From Candidatus Poseidoniales archaeon (GTDB lineage Archaea; Thermoplasmatota; Poseidoniia; Poseidoniales; Poseidoniaceae): 50,964 nucleotides of DNA. Position 1 is the first letter of the stretch. Each line of letters begins with the position of its first letter. The DNA is taken from positions 1-50,964 of the forward strand of contig QXYA01000101.1 of the NCBI GenBank assembly GCA_009887135.1, read 5' to 3'. The position numbers and the translations under genes were made by a program. Below, piece after piece: positions 38,167 to 47,288 of the stretch. The notes beneath the pieces are model-generated. The model saw only the letters and a list, made by a program, of their open reading frames with translations, made no database searches and was not told where the DNA came from.

Positions 38167-38799
38167 TTATCGCATTTCTAGCCATCCAAGAAATGTTGCA
38201 ATTGGCAAGAAGATGGTCAATAATCGATTGATTTTTTTCCTCTGATTACGCAGTTCCTCGGATAATTCCGGTCCAACCTCGATGGCAGATGTGAATCTTG
38301 ATTGTCTTGTTTTTGAGAATTGCCCATCTATAGTCTCAAGCACAAGCGGCCGTAACCGAGGTTGCCGGCTTGCCGGGATGCCTCTCCCCACAATGTAACG
38401 TATCGGAAAAGTATCAACTAAGGGTAGTGTTGCTAAGAGAATCTCTTGTACTCTTGTTGAGTCATGGAGATCTAGGCGAACAGTCCTACCATCACTACGA
38501 ATATGACTCAAAGCCCTCCACTTTCCTTGCCCTTCATCCAATCCCTTTACGGCATCAAGAACTCGATTAAATGGAGGTATTTTTGAGATGACTGGCCTAA
38601 CTCTTCTTGCCAAAAAAGGTCCGAGAAGAATACTTCCAATGAATGGGGGTAAGACCATGAAGTATACGAGTCGCAAAATTTCATCTGGACGGGTTAGTGC
38701 TGAAACCAAAGCGAGGCTGAATCCAAAATACAGGCCTAGAAAACCACCTGCTTGGAGGCCAAGCCAAAGGCCAACTCGCTCAGTAGCCTGTTCAGTCAT
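38167..38799 (-). CDS. Membrane protein (3 TM) with Smr-like soluble domain
   Basis: Two N-terminal and one C-terminal hydrophobic helices flank 'VRLDLHD' and 'IRYIVGRG' motifs. Confidence 0.55.
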   Translation of the reverse strand: MTEQATERVGLWLGLQAGGFLGLYFGFSLALVSALTRPDEILRLVYFMVLPPFIGSILLGPFLARRVRPVISKIPPFNRVLDAVKGLDEGQGKWRALSHIRSDGRTVRLDLHDSTRVQEILLATLPLVDTFPIRYIVGRGIPASRQPRLRPLVLETIDGQFSKTRQSRFTSAIEVGPELSEELRNQRKKINRLLTIFLPIATFLGWLEMR

Positions 38800-38876
38800 A
38801 ACACGCCCAAGATGTCCAATGAAAAGAAACCGTCGATGAACTCAAGAATTAAAGGCGGTTTCTTTGTCATCGGAAC

Positions 38877-39575
38877 ATGGAGCGTAATGGTCTCAACTCA
38901 AGGTCGAGAGACAAGAAGGCTGGGCTTTGGATAGGAGGGATAAGCTTCTTTCTGTTCATTTCCTTTTTCATTGCCCCACTCATTTCGGAACCAGATACGA
39001 TTACCGACTTATCTGGGAGAGCCAATGCTCTGGACTACCACAACGACGATGGGCAAAATTTCACATGGACTGATTTGGATTTTTACAGTGCTTCAATCTA
39101 TGCCTTTGGAGACCTGAATTGTCATCAAAAACATGAACGATCATGGTCGATAAATGGTAATCAAATGCCAGTGTGTGTGAGGGATGTTGGAATATTTGCC
39201 GGATTGGCTCTCGGTGGATTCATCTATTCACGTAAGGGTGTAAATCGGTGGACGCTTAGAGATACTTTCCTTTCGGTCTTGCCTGATCAATATATGACTG
39301 ATGTGTATATTAAAAATAGAAGGACGCTCATGTTTATTGGAATTGGAGCTCTTTGTGTGCTACCACTTGCCATCGATGGATTTACCCAACTCTTGACAGA
39401 CCGTGAATCAACGGCATTTCTCCGATTAACAACGGGCATACCCTTTGGTTTTGTTTTGGGGCTTTTCTTTGCAGCTGCTTACAGTGCACGGCCGAACCGA
39501 TTCGATAGAGCGGGAGATGTTCGCCTTCCTGGAAATGTTCGATTCCAACGAACTCAAGAGGTTGAAGAAGAATGA
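38877..39575 (+). CDS. DUF2085 family membrane protein
   Basis: 'CHQKHERSW..NG.QMPVC.RD.GI', 'PLAIDGFTQL', 'LRL.TG..G'. Confidence 0.85.
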   Translation: MERNGLNSRSRDKKAGLWIGGISFFLFISFFIAPLISEPDTITDLSGRANALDYHNDDGQNFTWTDLDFYSASIYAFGDLNCHQKHERSWSINGNQMPVCVRDVGIFAGLALGGFIYSRKGVNRWTLRDTFLSVLPDQYMTDVYIKNRRTLMFIGIGALCVLPLAIDGFTQLLTDRESTAFLRLTTGIPFGFVLGLFFAAAYSARPNRFDRAGDVRLPGNVRFQRTQEVEEE

Positions 39576-40915
39576 TCAGGAGGTGGCATTGACCACCAAA
39601 TAAGCAACTGTTCACTGTTTTCTGGAACTGGACAGTTTTCGTGACCGCTCGTTAATATTTTTAATCGTTCAATGATGTTCTCTACAGTCTTTTTAGCCTG
39701 CCCTTGCTGCATACTATGCAGGATTTCATCGAGTCCGTCTTCCCATTTTTTATTTGGGTTACTTTTTCTCCAACTCGAAAGAGGGGTCCTGAGGGGCCAC
39801 ATCGCTAATGTCAATCGAGCAAATCCAATCATTGAATCTCTTAATTTGAATACCTGGCCCTCTGCGAATGGAATGTGATTCTGTTGCCGATGAATCCAAT
39901 TTGTTTCTTCAAGCCATTTTACCAGACGTTGTGTGTGGCGTCTTGTAACCATTCGATGAGGTCCAAGTGACTTGTGTAAACGAGGGATTTCACAAGAACC
40001 AGCCATCAAAGAAAGCGTTCCTAGCACCGACCAACAGGAACGTGCAAATGGGTTGCTTGGGACATCAAATGCCTTCGCTTCCTCAGATCGCCAACAGTCT
40101 TCTGCATATTGCATCCACTGCGAGGGAGATCTCCCTGATAACCATCCGATGTTAACTGAGGTTTTCTCCATAGGTGCCCCTGGAAGCCGAGTCTGTTGTT
40201 GAACATCGTGGGCGAGTTTATCGAGTAAGTACCTGTCTACTTGGTCGGAATCGACGTTTAAAGGAGCAGGTCGTCGATTGAAAAAAGTCCTTAACTCGGC
40301 TCGGAGTTTTTGCCGTAATTCATCAAGGCCTCCTTCATTCAAAATCGGCCCAACAACACAGCATTTGTCAAATGGAGCGGTTACAGCTATTTTTCCTGAT
40401 AAAAGGTCATTGAATCCTTTCCGAATGGTTCTTTGAATCTCAGGAGTTTCAAAATACTCTTGTTTCTCACTACTCATACGAAGCGTAGCATGTTTAATCC
40501 GATCTATTGCTCGGTCAGGGTCACAATCAATCCAAACAACGAGGTCAGGGATCATTGCAGCTGCATTAATACTGCAAACAGTATCTACTCCTAAGTTACC
40601 TACTACGCCTTGGTAAATCAGCGAAGAATGAATATTTCTATCCGAGACAACAACTTCTCCCTTCTCGAGTTTAGGCCGGATCCATGTGTGAGAATGGTCA
40701 AGCCGATCTGCAGCAAAGAGCCCTGCTTCTTGCAACGGGGTTTTGTTACCGATTTTCACCGATTCGAGTGCAAGTTTCCCAAGTTCACTATGTCGTCTGG
40801 GTTCGTGTGTCAAATGAACATCACTGAAAGGATACTGGTTGAGTAATTCAGCAATGATTCGAACTGCTTCTCCTTTTCCAGAGCCATCCCCGCCTTCAAC
40901 GGTGATAAGGTACAA
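39554..40915 (-). CDS. tmk: Thymidylate kinase domain fused to a ~235-aa C-terminal domain
   Basis: 'ITVEGGDGSGK', 'THEP', 'LFAADR..H', 'VVSDR...SSLIYQG', 'PDLVVWID'. TTG start at 40915 with GAGGTG RBS. Confidence 0.8.
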   Translation of the reverse strand: MYLITVEGGDGSGKGEAVRIIAELLNQYPFSDVHLTHEPRRHSELGKLALESVKIGNKTPLQEAGLFAADRLDHSHTWIRPKLEKGEVVVSDRNIHSSLIYQGVVGNLGVDTVCSINAAAMIPDLVVWIDCDPDRAIDRIKHATLRMSSEKQEYFETPEIQRTIRKGFNDLLSGKIAVTAPFDKCCVVGPILNEGGLDELRQKLRAELRTFFNRRPAPLNVDSDQVDRYLLDKLAHDVQQQTRLPGAPMEKTSVNIGWLSGRSPSQWMQYAEDCWRSEEAKAFDVPSNPFARSCWSVLGTLSLMAGSCEIPRLHKSLGPHRMVTRRHTQRLVKWLEETNWIHRQQNHIPFAEGQVFKLRDSMIGFARLTLAMWPLRTPLSSWRKSNPNKKWEDGLDEILHSMQQGQAKKTVENIIERLKILTSGHENCPVPENSEQLLIWWSMPPPDHSSSTS

Positions 40916-40916
40916 C

Positions 40917-41744
40917 CTATTCCACCTCTGGCTGGTCAAACTCGTCCTTTGCCAAGACCATAAGACCCATGCCGCAGAGGATTAAGAACGGGCCAAACAC
41001 GATGAAACCACGACTTAGCAGGGCGATTCCTGCAAAATACTGCGTTCTTCTATACCGTTTTTGATTTCTAGCACCAACAGCCGAGTATAGACCAACTACG
41101 CCTGCTACGATTGTGACTAAGGCGATTCCAGTCGAAAGAGCAACTGCATTTTCAAGTGTCCAACCTGAACGGGAGGTTGTCTCATCTTCTTGGACTAAGC
41201 CTTCACCAGCAGTAAGTGTGAATGCATCCTGATTGACATTTGTTGCACTAATTGTCCGTTCAACAGTTTGGTATCCTTCAAATGTAACCCGTATTATGTG
41301 TGGTTCAGGCACGACATTTTCAAATTCATAATATCCGTAACTGTTGGTAGTCGCAGTTTGTAAGATTGTATTGCTGCCGATTTCAAGCAATTCAATACTT
41401 ACTCCTTCAATTGAATCTCCTGATTCGGATTCGAGTACAATTCCTCTTACATCAATCACATCATCTACCTCAAGCGTGTTTCCAAGTAGGTCTGTAGGGT
41501 TCCCTTGGAGCAGGAGTAATCCAGTGATAATCCCCAGAACGCTGCCGATGAATATGAGGGATGATGCTAAGGCAAGTAACCCATTTTTGTCTTCGATGAA
41601 CAGAAGATCCTCGTTCTGAGTTGTTGACATTGTAATTTCTTGCTCTTGAACAACAAGATCATCCTCTTCAGGGAGATCATCGTCCCCGTCCAATTTTTTA
41701 CGAACACGTGCACGTAGAGCATCACGTCGTTCGTTAATGTCCAT
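40917..41744 (-). CDS. Membrane protein with carboxypeptidase-regulatory-like (CnaB/transthyretin-like) domain
   Basis: 'VRGIVL...SGDSIEGVSI...TTNSYGYYEF.NV......V...GY' beta domain flanked by TM helices. Confidence 0.7.
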   Translation of the reverse strand: MDINERRDALRARVRKKLDGDDDLPEEDDLVVQEQEITMSTTQNEDLLFIEDKNGLLALASSLIFIGSVLGIITGLLLLQGNPTDLLGNTLEVDDVIDVRGIVLESESGDSIEGVSIELLEIGSNTILQTATTNSYGYYEFENVVPEPHIIRVTFEGYQTVERTISATNVNQDAFTLTAGEGLVQEDETTSRSGWTLENAVALSTGIALVTIVAGVVGLYSAVGARNQKRYRRTQYFAGIALLSRGFIVFGPFLILCGMGLMVLAKDEFDQPEVE

Positions 41745-41810
41745 TTCAAAGCCTCAGCATTCCATTGCGCGGATAATAGCGCTCTCGGGGTATATCCGCG
41801 CTATACCTTC

Positions 41811-42989
41811 CTATCGTTTGAAACGTACGCTTCCGTGTAATAACCCGAAAGTGAGTAAACTCGCTCCGATAAAAGTAAAGGCAAGGATTGGATAGATAAT
41901 ACTTAGTTCAGTTGATTGTTTGGTTTTATTATCCGTATCTTCATTCAGGGTTTCGTTCTCTTCATTCAGCCAGGACCCTTGGCGGAGGCCAAGTTCGAGT
42001 ATACGTCCTACATGTGCTAACGATTCAGCAGAAACTTTGTCAGGTGTATCTTCATGAGTATGCCAATATCCGCCCCATTTTGTTGCATTTGGGCCGAAGC
42101 GAATATCGATGAGATCAATCGCAGGAATGCCTACTTCGAGCATTGGGACATGGTCATCGATAACGCCATCAAGTACGTTCGTATTGACAATGTCTATTCC
42201 AAGGCTACCGTCGCATGCAGCAACATCTTTTACCAATCCAAGAGATGATGCTAATCCATCTACTGCGTCCCAGAGTCTGTCGGTCTCTGATAGGCCGACT
42301 TTTGGAGGATACACCCGGTTAATCTGTAAATCAGCATCTCCTATCATGTCAACCAGAAGGAAGGCATGTATGGAATTGATTTCCTCTTGCGTACGGTCTT
42401 GGGCCCAAGCTTTTGCACCGAGCATCTGTGGTACGACGCCTTGGTCCTCTGCATCAGTGAGTAAAATCCAGACCTCATGTTCAAGGCCAAGTGTTGGCAC
42501 GATTCTTGCCAATTCAGAAAGAACCGCAACACCGCTTGCTCCATCATTTGCTCCAGGAATGGGTTCATCAGTCCGATTTTGATCTTCATCGCGCTCAGCA
42601 CGGTCCCTTGAGTCGTAATGTGCAGCAAGGACGACAACTGGCAAGTCGGTAACATTACTCTCTGGAGTATAGATTCCATGTAGATTGGTTAGATTCGTAT
42701 CTAGGTAAGGGTGTTTGTCGAGGGTCCAATTCCATGCTGTGTTGTTTTCCATAAAGGAATTCAACAGGTTATTTGAAGCGTTACTTCCGGGTATTCTTGG
42801 GCCAAGTCCGACTTGAAACGAGACAGATTGGTTCGCCGCTAATCCATCAAATTCGAGGGATTCAATTCCTTCGCAATTCAAGATGCTCTCTAGCGTCCCT
42901 TCGTCCTCGATTTCATCGGCATTAACAGGGTTAAGCATCGAGAATGAAATAACCAAAATAAATGAAATTGCGATAGATTTTCGTGGCAT
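41811..42989 (-). CDS. Secreted/membrane-anchored M28 family zinc peptidase, glutaminyl-cyclase-like
   Basis: Signal peptide, 'GPRIPGS', 'AAHYDSR', 'GANDGASGVA', 'DAED', 'DMIG', 'DDHVP', 'YWHT..DT', C-terminal TM. Start ATG 42989. Confidence 0.85.
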   Translation of the reverse strand: MPRKSIAISFILVISFSMLNPVNADEIEDEGTLESILNCEGIESLEFDGLAANQSVSFQVGLGPRIPGSNASNNLLNSFMENNTAWNWTLDKHPYLDTNLTNLHGIYTPESNVTDLPVVVLAAHYDSRDRAERDEDQNRTDEPIPGANDGASGVAVLSELARIVPTLGLEHEVWILLTDAEDQGVVPQMLGAKAWAQDRTQEEINSIHAFLLVDMIGDADLQINRVYPPKVGLSETDRLWDAVDGLASSLGLVKDVAACDGSLGIDIVNTNVLDGVIDDHVPMLEVGIPAIDLIDIRFGPNATKWGGYWHTHEDTPDKVSAESLAHVGRILELGLRQGSWLNEENETLNEDTDNKTKQSTELSIIYPILAFTFIGASLLTFGLLHGSVRFKR

Positions 42990-43078
42990 TATGGTGATGC
43001 TACGGACGCGGGGTATTAAATACCTCATTTTCATACCTGTAATTGTGATGCTGCATCACAAATTCTGGTGATTTCTTA

Positions 43079-46000
43079 ATGTCCGAACGACGCTCCACTA
43101 AAGCCATCCTTCTCGTTGCTCTTATGCTGGCCTCTGTTGCTGGTCAGGCTGCAGCAAATGAGCAAGACACATCACCCTCTGAAATTGAATCGGAGATGGG
43201 AGTTGTTTACGGCGACCTGTCCTTGTTCGACACCTCCCACGGTTCCGAATATCTGCTGATAGACGAGGACATTCCAGTGGTATCTGCAACATCATTCATC
43301 AAGCAAGCTTGGATTGAAGAAGGGCGTCCTGGAGTCGATGATATCGAGTACCGCCCTTCCATGGCGCGAGCCACCTGCACTCAGCACGTCGTCGGAGATA
43401 CCCTGACAGTCCCAATCTCTGGCGGTTCAACCAATGTTTATGTTGCTAAAACAACCAGTAGCGTCGCTTTCCTCGTACAATCAGGCAGGACTCTTTCCTC
43501 CACTGTTTTACAGAATCTGGCCTCCACGTGGGATCAGACTATCTACCCCACAATGACGACCTACTTCGGTAAAGACTACGGGGACGGTAGAGGCCTTTCG
43601 CCTCCTGACAATGACAACAATTGTCAAGTTGAGATTGTCGTTTATGACATTGATGGGGCATACAATATTGGTGGCTACTTCTCTCCAGGTACTGCGCCAA
43701 CCCGAGACGTTGTGTATGTTGATTTTGCTGACATCACTCTAAACTGGGGCAAATCGATTATTGCACACGAACTCCAACATCTTCTTCACAATGCTCAAGA
43801 TCCATATGAAAACTTGTGGATTGATGAAGGAAACGCAGACGTAGCCATCTATCTCTGCTTCGGAGCCGACAGCACGCTTGCAGGCCATCTTAACGGATGG
43901 ACTCAAGCATCAGACCTGAGTGTACGATGGTGGAATCAAAGGAATGCTGACTACGGTGCTGGATTCATGTTCACCATGTACTTGGCAGATCATCTAGGCG
44001 GTGGCCCAGCAATACGACAACTTGTTCAAGATTCAGCCACAGGTGGTTTAGGGGTTCAAAATTTAGCACTCTCTCCAGTGTCCGGTCAGGCTGGGAAAAT
44101 TGGCCGAACCATGGGGGAAATATTTGCGAACTTTTCAATCGCTGCTACCATTGATTCTGATCAAGGAATTTATGGATACTCTAATTTGGTGCTCAACCCT
44201 TCTTGCGGGGGGAGTACATTCTGTCGAATCCAGCCTGCTGATACCAACTCAAACTGGGCCACTCCTTGGAGTTCCACCGGCCATACAATGGAAGGTTGGG
44301 GCATTCGATCGTTCCAGTTCACTCCGGGTGGGTCCTCACCTGCTCCGCTAACGCTTAGAGTCACGTCAGATGTATCGAACTTTGATGGTGTACTTGTGTA
44401 CAAATCAACCGCAGACGGTCTTTGGTCTGTCCAAGATTTAGATTTCTCCAACAATGTAGCAACAGGCTTGATTCAAGGATTTGGCAATCTTACGGATGAG
44501 GTTCACGCTATCGTTTGGTACGCAAGCACAATCGGCGACTGTGATTACACCTCCTGCGGACCTTCGTACCCACAAGGTACAATCGATATCGAAGCTGCTC
44601 GAATCACATCACCTGCGACAATGATTCTCAACGGAACGACCCTGAGTGATCGTGATGGGGACGGTGTTGACGACACCGCTCAAGCAAACTACTCGATTTT
44701 GTCAAATGCGTTCTTTGAAGATCTTGATGTTGAAATTGCCGTACGTGATAGCAACGGAACAATCGTCGATTCGACCTCTACACGAGTACAAGCCGGTGGA
44801 GGAGTCTATGTTCCTGAGGATGCGTATTTCACCGCTCGTAAATCAGATCAATACACGTTTGAGTTCACAATGAAGGATATGTTAGGGGCAGTTCTCGACA
44901 CTGAAACTACATCGCCTCAAGCTTTAGGAAACATGGCTCCAGTTGCCAACGGATCGGTCTCCACAAACATGAGTCAAACATATGAGAAAATCCAGTTTAC
45001 TGGGGATGGATTTGATGCATGGGGTCTTTCGCTTGACAATAATACACTCCCTTACTTTGACGCTCCAGTCGCTTACGCATGGGATTTTGGAGACAACATA
45101 TCCTCTGGCCTACGTTCACCTCTTCGATACTTCTCACAAGTGGGTGAATACAATACGACTCTACAAATTATGGATATCGGGGGTACTTGGTCAGAACTCG
45201 ACGTGAACGTCGTGAACATAACTGACAATAGCGAACCTCTTCCGATTATTACGGTCAACAATATTGTCGTTGACACCTCGCTTGAGATTCTAACAAATCA
45301 AAGAATTGTCTTTTCTGCATATCAAACAAGTGACAACGTTCCACTCGAATTCCTTCAATTTGATTGGGACTGGGGCGATGGAACTTCTACTAGTAGTGGC
45401 CAAGGACTGTATTCTTCGAACCATGAATGGGGCGATGTCGAGGGGGCGAATGAAACGTTTAATCTCATCCTGACTGTCTCTGATGGAGTAAATATTGGTC
45501 AGAAAACGATTCAAATTATTGTTAACAATCGATTGCCATATCAGATTTTCTCTGATGTTTTGACGACTTACACCTACACGCCTCTGCCAATGCCGGATGT
45601 CTTTACCGACGATGATGGCGAGAATTTTACACTAGAATGGAATTTTGAAGGTGGAGTTAATTTGGATGGTATTGACGTTGATCGCTCAGATGACTTCGCA
45701 ACCACAAATTCAGCATCAATCTATCCATCTCCTGCTTGGAATTTACCTGGGATCAAAAACATCTCAGTCATAATCACTGACGAGGATGGTGGTATCTCCT
45801 CTGCACAACTTCAGGTGAATGTTGTAAATCAATTGCCTGTGGCTAAATATATTGTCAAAGAATCAGGGGCGACAGGGTCTCCTCAGATTGATTTCCTTAC
45901 TGAAAACGCAAAGGTCAATGTCCCTTATACGTTCGACGGACGAACAAGTTTCGACGTCGATGGTACGACGGGAACTTACAACGATGTGTCGTTTAATTGG

Positions 46001-47257
46001 TCGTTCCCGGATGGGACATTCAGCAACAAAACACTTCCAGCGTATTCTTTTACCGAACCAGGTGAACGTATTGTAACCCTCATTGTTACGGATGAAAATG
46101 GAGAAGAAAGTACGCCAAGAGTCATCATTGTCATCGTTGCAAACCCTCTTCCAATCATTGAATTACAGATTTTAGATGCTTGGGTCAATGGAAGTATTTT
46201 GATGGACTCGGATGTCTTCCCTGAGAATGGACTTCCAGATCAATGGTCAAGAACATTTGATGAGAACGGAGTCAACATCGCAATTCCTGGAGCTTTGCTC
46301 TACTTCGATTCAAGTGGAACCAGAGACGGTGACCAGAAGTTCGAAGGTAAGTACGTACCTCTTGAGCAAGAATCTCCTGATTGGAACGGCCTGCTGGAAT
46401 ATACATGGGACTTTGGTGATGCAACCCCTATTGTACATGACCCAATGCCTTGGCACGCCTATGAAATGGCTGGCCTTTACACAGTTAAACTAACTGTCAG
46501 GGATGCATTTGGGACAGGGGATGTAACTCGAGCGGAGTTCCAAGTCCATGTTGATGCGGCTCCTGTGATTGGTGGAATTGATGTTCCTGATGAAATCTAT
46601 GAGGATTATTCTACAGCGGTCGTTGTTAATGTAACCGATTCAGAATCTCTTGCCGACCTCGTCTTCTATAGAGACCTAGATGTTCTTGATGGTTCCAATA
46701 CTGACCGAGATGAAACAATTAGTAATGATTTGGTAATCGAATGGGAAGAGGACCTCTCTTTCGACAAAGATGAAGATGGTGATTCAGAGAATGATTGGTA
46801 TGTTTCGACAAACTCCTTGGCTACACTTACGACAATGAGTTGGGATACCCCCGGAGAAGTCACTGTCCAGGTTCGTGTTTGTGACGGAATGGGTATTTGT
46901 GTTGTAGCAAAACAGGATTTCACAGTCCTCCCTGAACAAGACGCTGATCCTTCATTATCGGACTTCAGTTGGGATGAATGGAAATCTTGGATGGGTGAAG
47001 CTGGCGGAGACGCACTCGGCTTTATCGCTCTCATTATTGCTGCATTAATTCTCGGTTGGCTCGTAATGCGTCAGCCAAATGAACTCGAAGAAGAAGCCAA
47101 GCAAAGTGCGGAAACCTATGAAGTTGAACATGCTGATGATGGGGGATTGCTCGGCATGGATCATCACACTCCGCCGCCTGCTCCAAAGATTCTGTCAAAG
47201 CAAGAAAGGAAGAGCGATGAAAGCGGATACATCCGGCCATTGCGCCGACGTGAGTAA
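43079..47257 (+). CDS. Large secreted, C-terminally anchored zinc metallopeptidase (M30/immune-inhibitor-A-like) with multiple PKD domains
   Basis: Signal peptide, 'IAHELQHLLH' plus 'WIDEG.A', PKD motifs 'AWDFGD', 'WDWGDG', 'WSFPDG' and 'TWDFGD', DxDxDG loops, C-terminal TM and basic tail. Confidence 0.85.
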   Translation: MSERRSTKAILLVALMLASVAGQAAANEQDTSPSEIESEMGVVYGDLSLFDTSHGSEYLLIDEDIPVVSATSFIKQAWIEEGRPGVDDIEYRPSMARATCTQHVVGDTLTVPISGGSTNVYVAKTTSSVAFLVQSGRTLSSTVLQNLASTWDQTIYPTMTTYFGKDYGDGRGLSPPDNDNNCQVEIVVYDIDGAYNIGGYFSPGTAPTRDVVYVDFADITLNWGKSIIAHELQHLLHNAQDPYENLWIDEGNADVAIYLCFGADSTLAGHLNGWTQASDLSVRWWNQRNADYGAGFMFTMYLADHLGGGPAIRQLVQDSATGGLGVQNLALSPVSGQAGKIGRTMGEIFANFSIAATIDSDQGIYGYSNLVLNPSCGGSTFCRIQPADTNSNWATPWSSTGHTMEGWGIRSFQFTPGGSSPAPLTLRVTSDVSNFDGVLVYKSTADGLWSVQDLDFSNNVATGLIQGFGNLTDEVHAIVWYASTIGDCDYTSCGPSYPQGTIDIEAARITSPATMILNGTTLSDRDGDGVDDTAQANYSILSNAFFEDLDVEIAVRDSNGTIVDSTSTRVQAGGGVYVPEDAYFTARKSDQYTFEFTMKDMLGAVLDTETTSPQALGNMAPVANGSVSTNMSQTYEKIQFTGDGFDAWGLSLDNNTLPYFDAPVAYAWDFGDNISSGLRSPLRYFSQVGEYNTTLQIMDIGGTWSELDVNVVNITDNSEPLPIITVNNIVVDTSLEILTNQRIVFSAYQTSDNVPLEFLQFDWDWGDGTSTSSGQGLYSSNHEWGDVEGANETFNLILTVSDGVNIGQKTIQIIVNNRLPYQIFSDVLTTYTYTPLPMPDVFTDDDGENFTLEWNFEGGVNLDGIDVDRSDDFATTNSASIYPSPAWNLPGIKNISVIITDEDGGISSAQLQVNVVNQLPVAKYIVKESGATGSPQIDFLTENAKVNVPYTFDGRTSFDVDGTTGTYNDVSFNWSFPDGTFSNKTLPAYSFTEPGERIVTLIVTDENGEESTPRVIIVIVANPLPIIELQILDAWVNGSILMDSDVFPENGLPDQWSRTFDENGVNIAIPGALLYFDSSGTRDGDQKFEGKYVPLEQESPDWNGLLEYTWDFGDATPIVHDPMPWHAYEMAGLYTVKLTVRDAFGTGDVTRAEFQVHVDAAPVIGGIDVPDEIYEDYSTAVVVNVTDSESLADLVFYRDLDVLDGSNTDRDETISNDLVIEWEEDLSFDKDEDGDSENDWYVSTNSLATLTTMSWDTPGEVTVQVRVCDGMGICVVAKQDFTVLPEQDADPSLSDFSWDEWKSWMGEAGGDALGFIALIIAALILGWLVMRQPNELEEEAKQSAETYEVEHADDGGLLGMDHHTPPPAPKILSKQERKSDESGYIRPLRRRE

Positions 47258-47288
47258 TCGAATACCTCATGAACCGACCGTACAACGA

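Noticed and set aside
47079-47288. N-terminal 70 aa of the 418-aa ORF
   Set aside because: Overlaps the end of the PKD peptidase in another frame; a start at 47289 or 47307 gives a sensible N-terminal hydrophobic segment.
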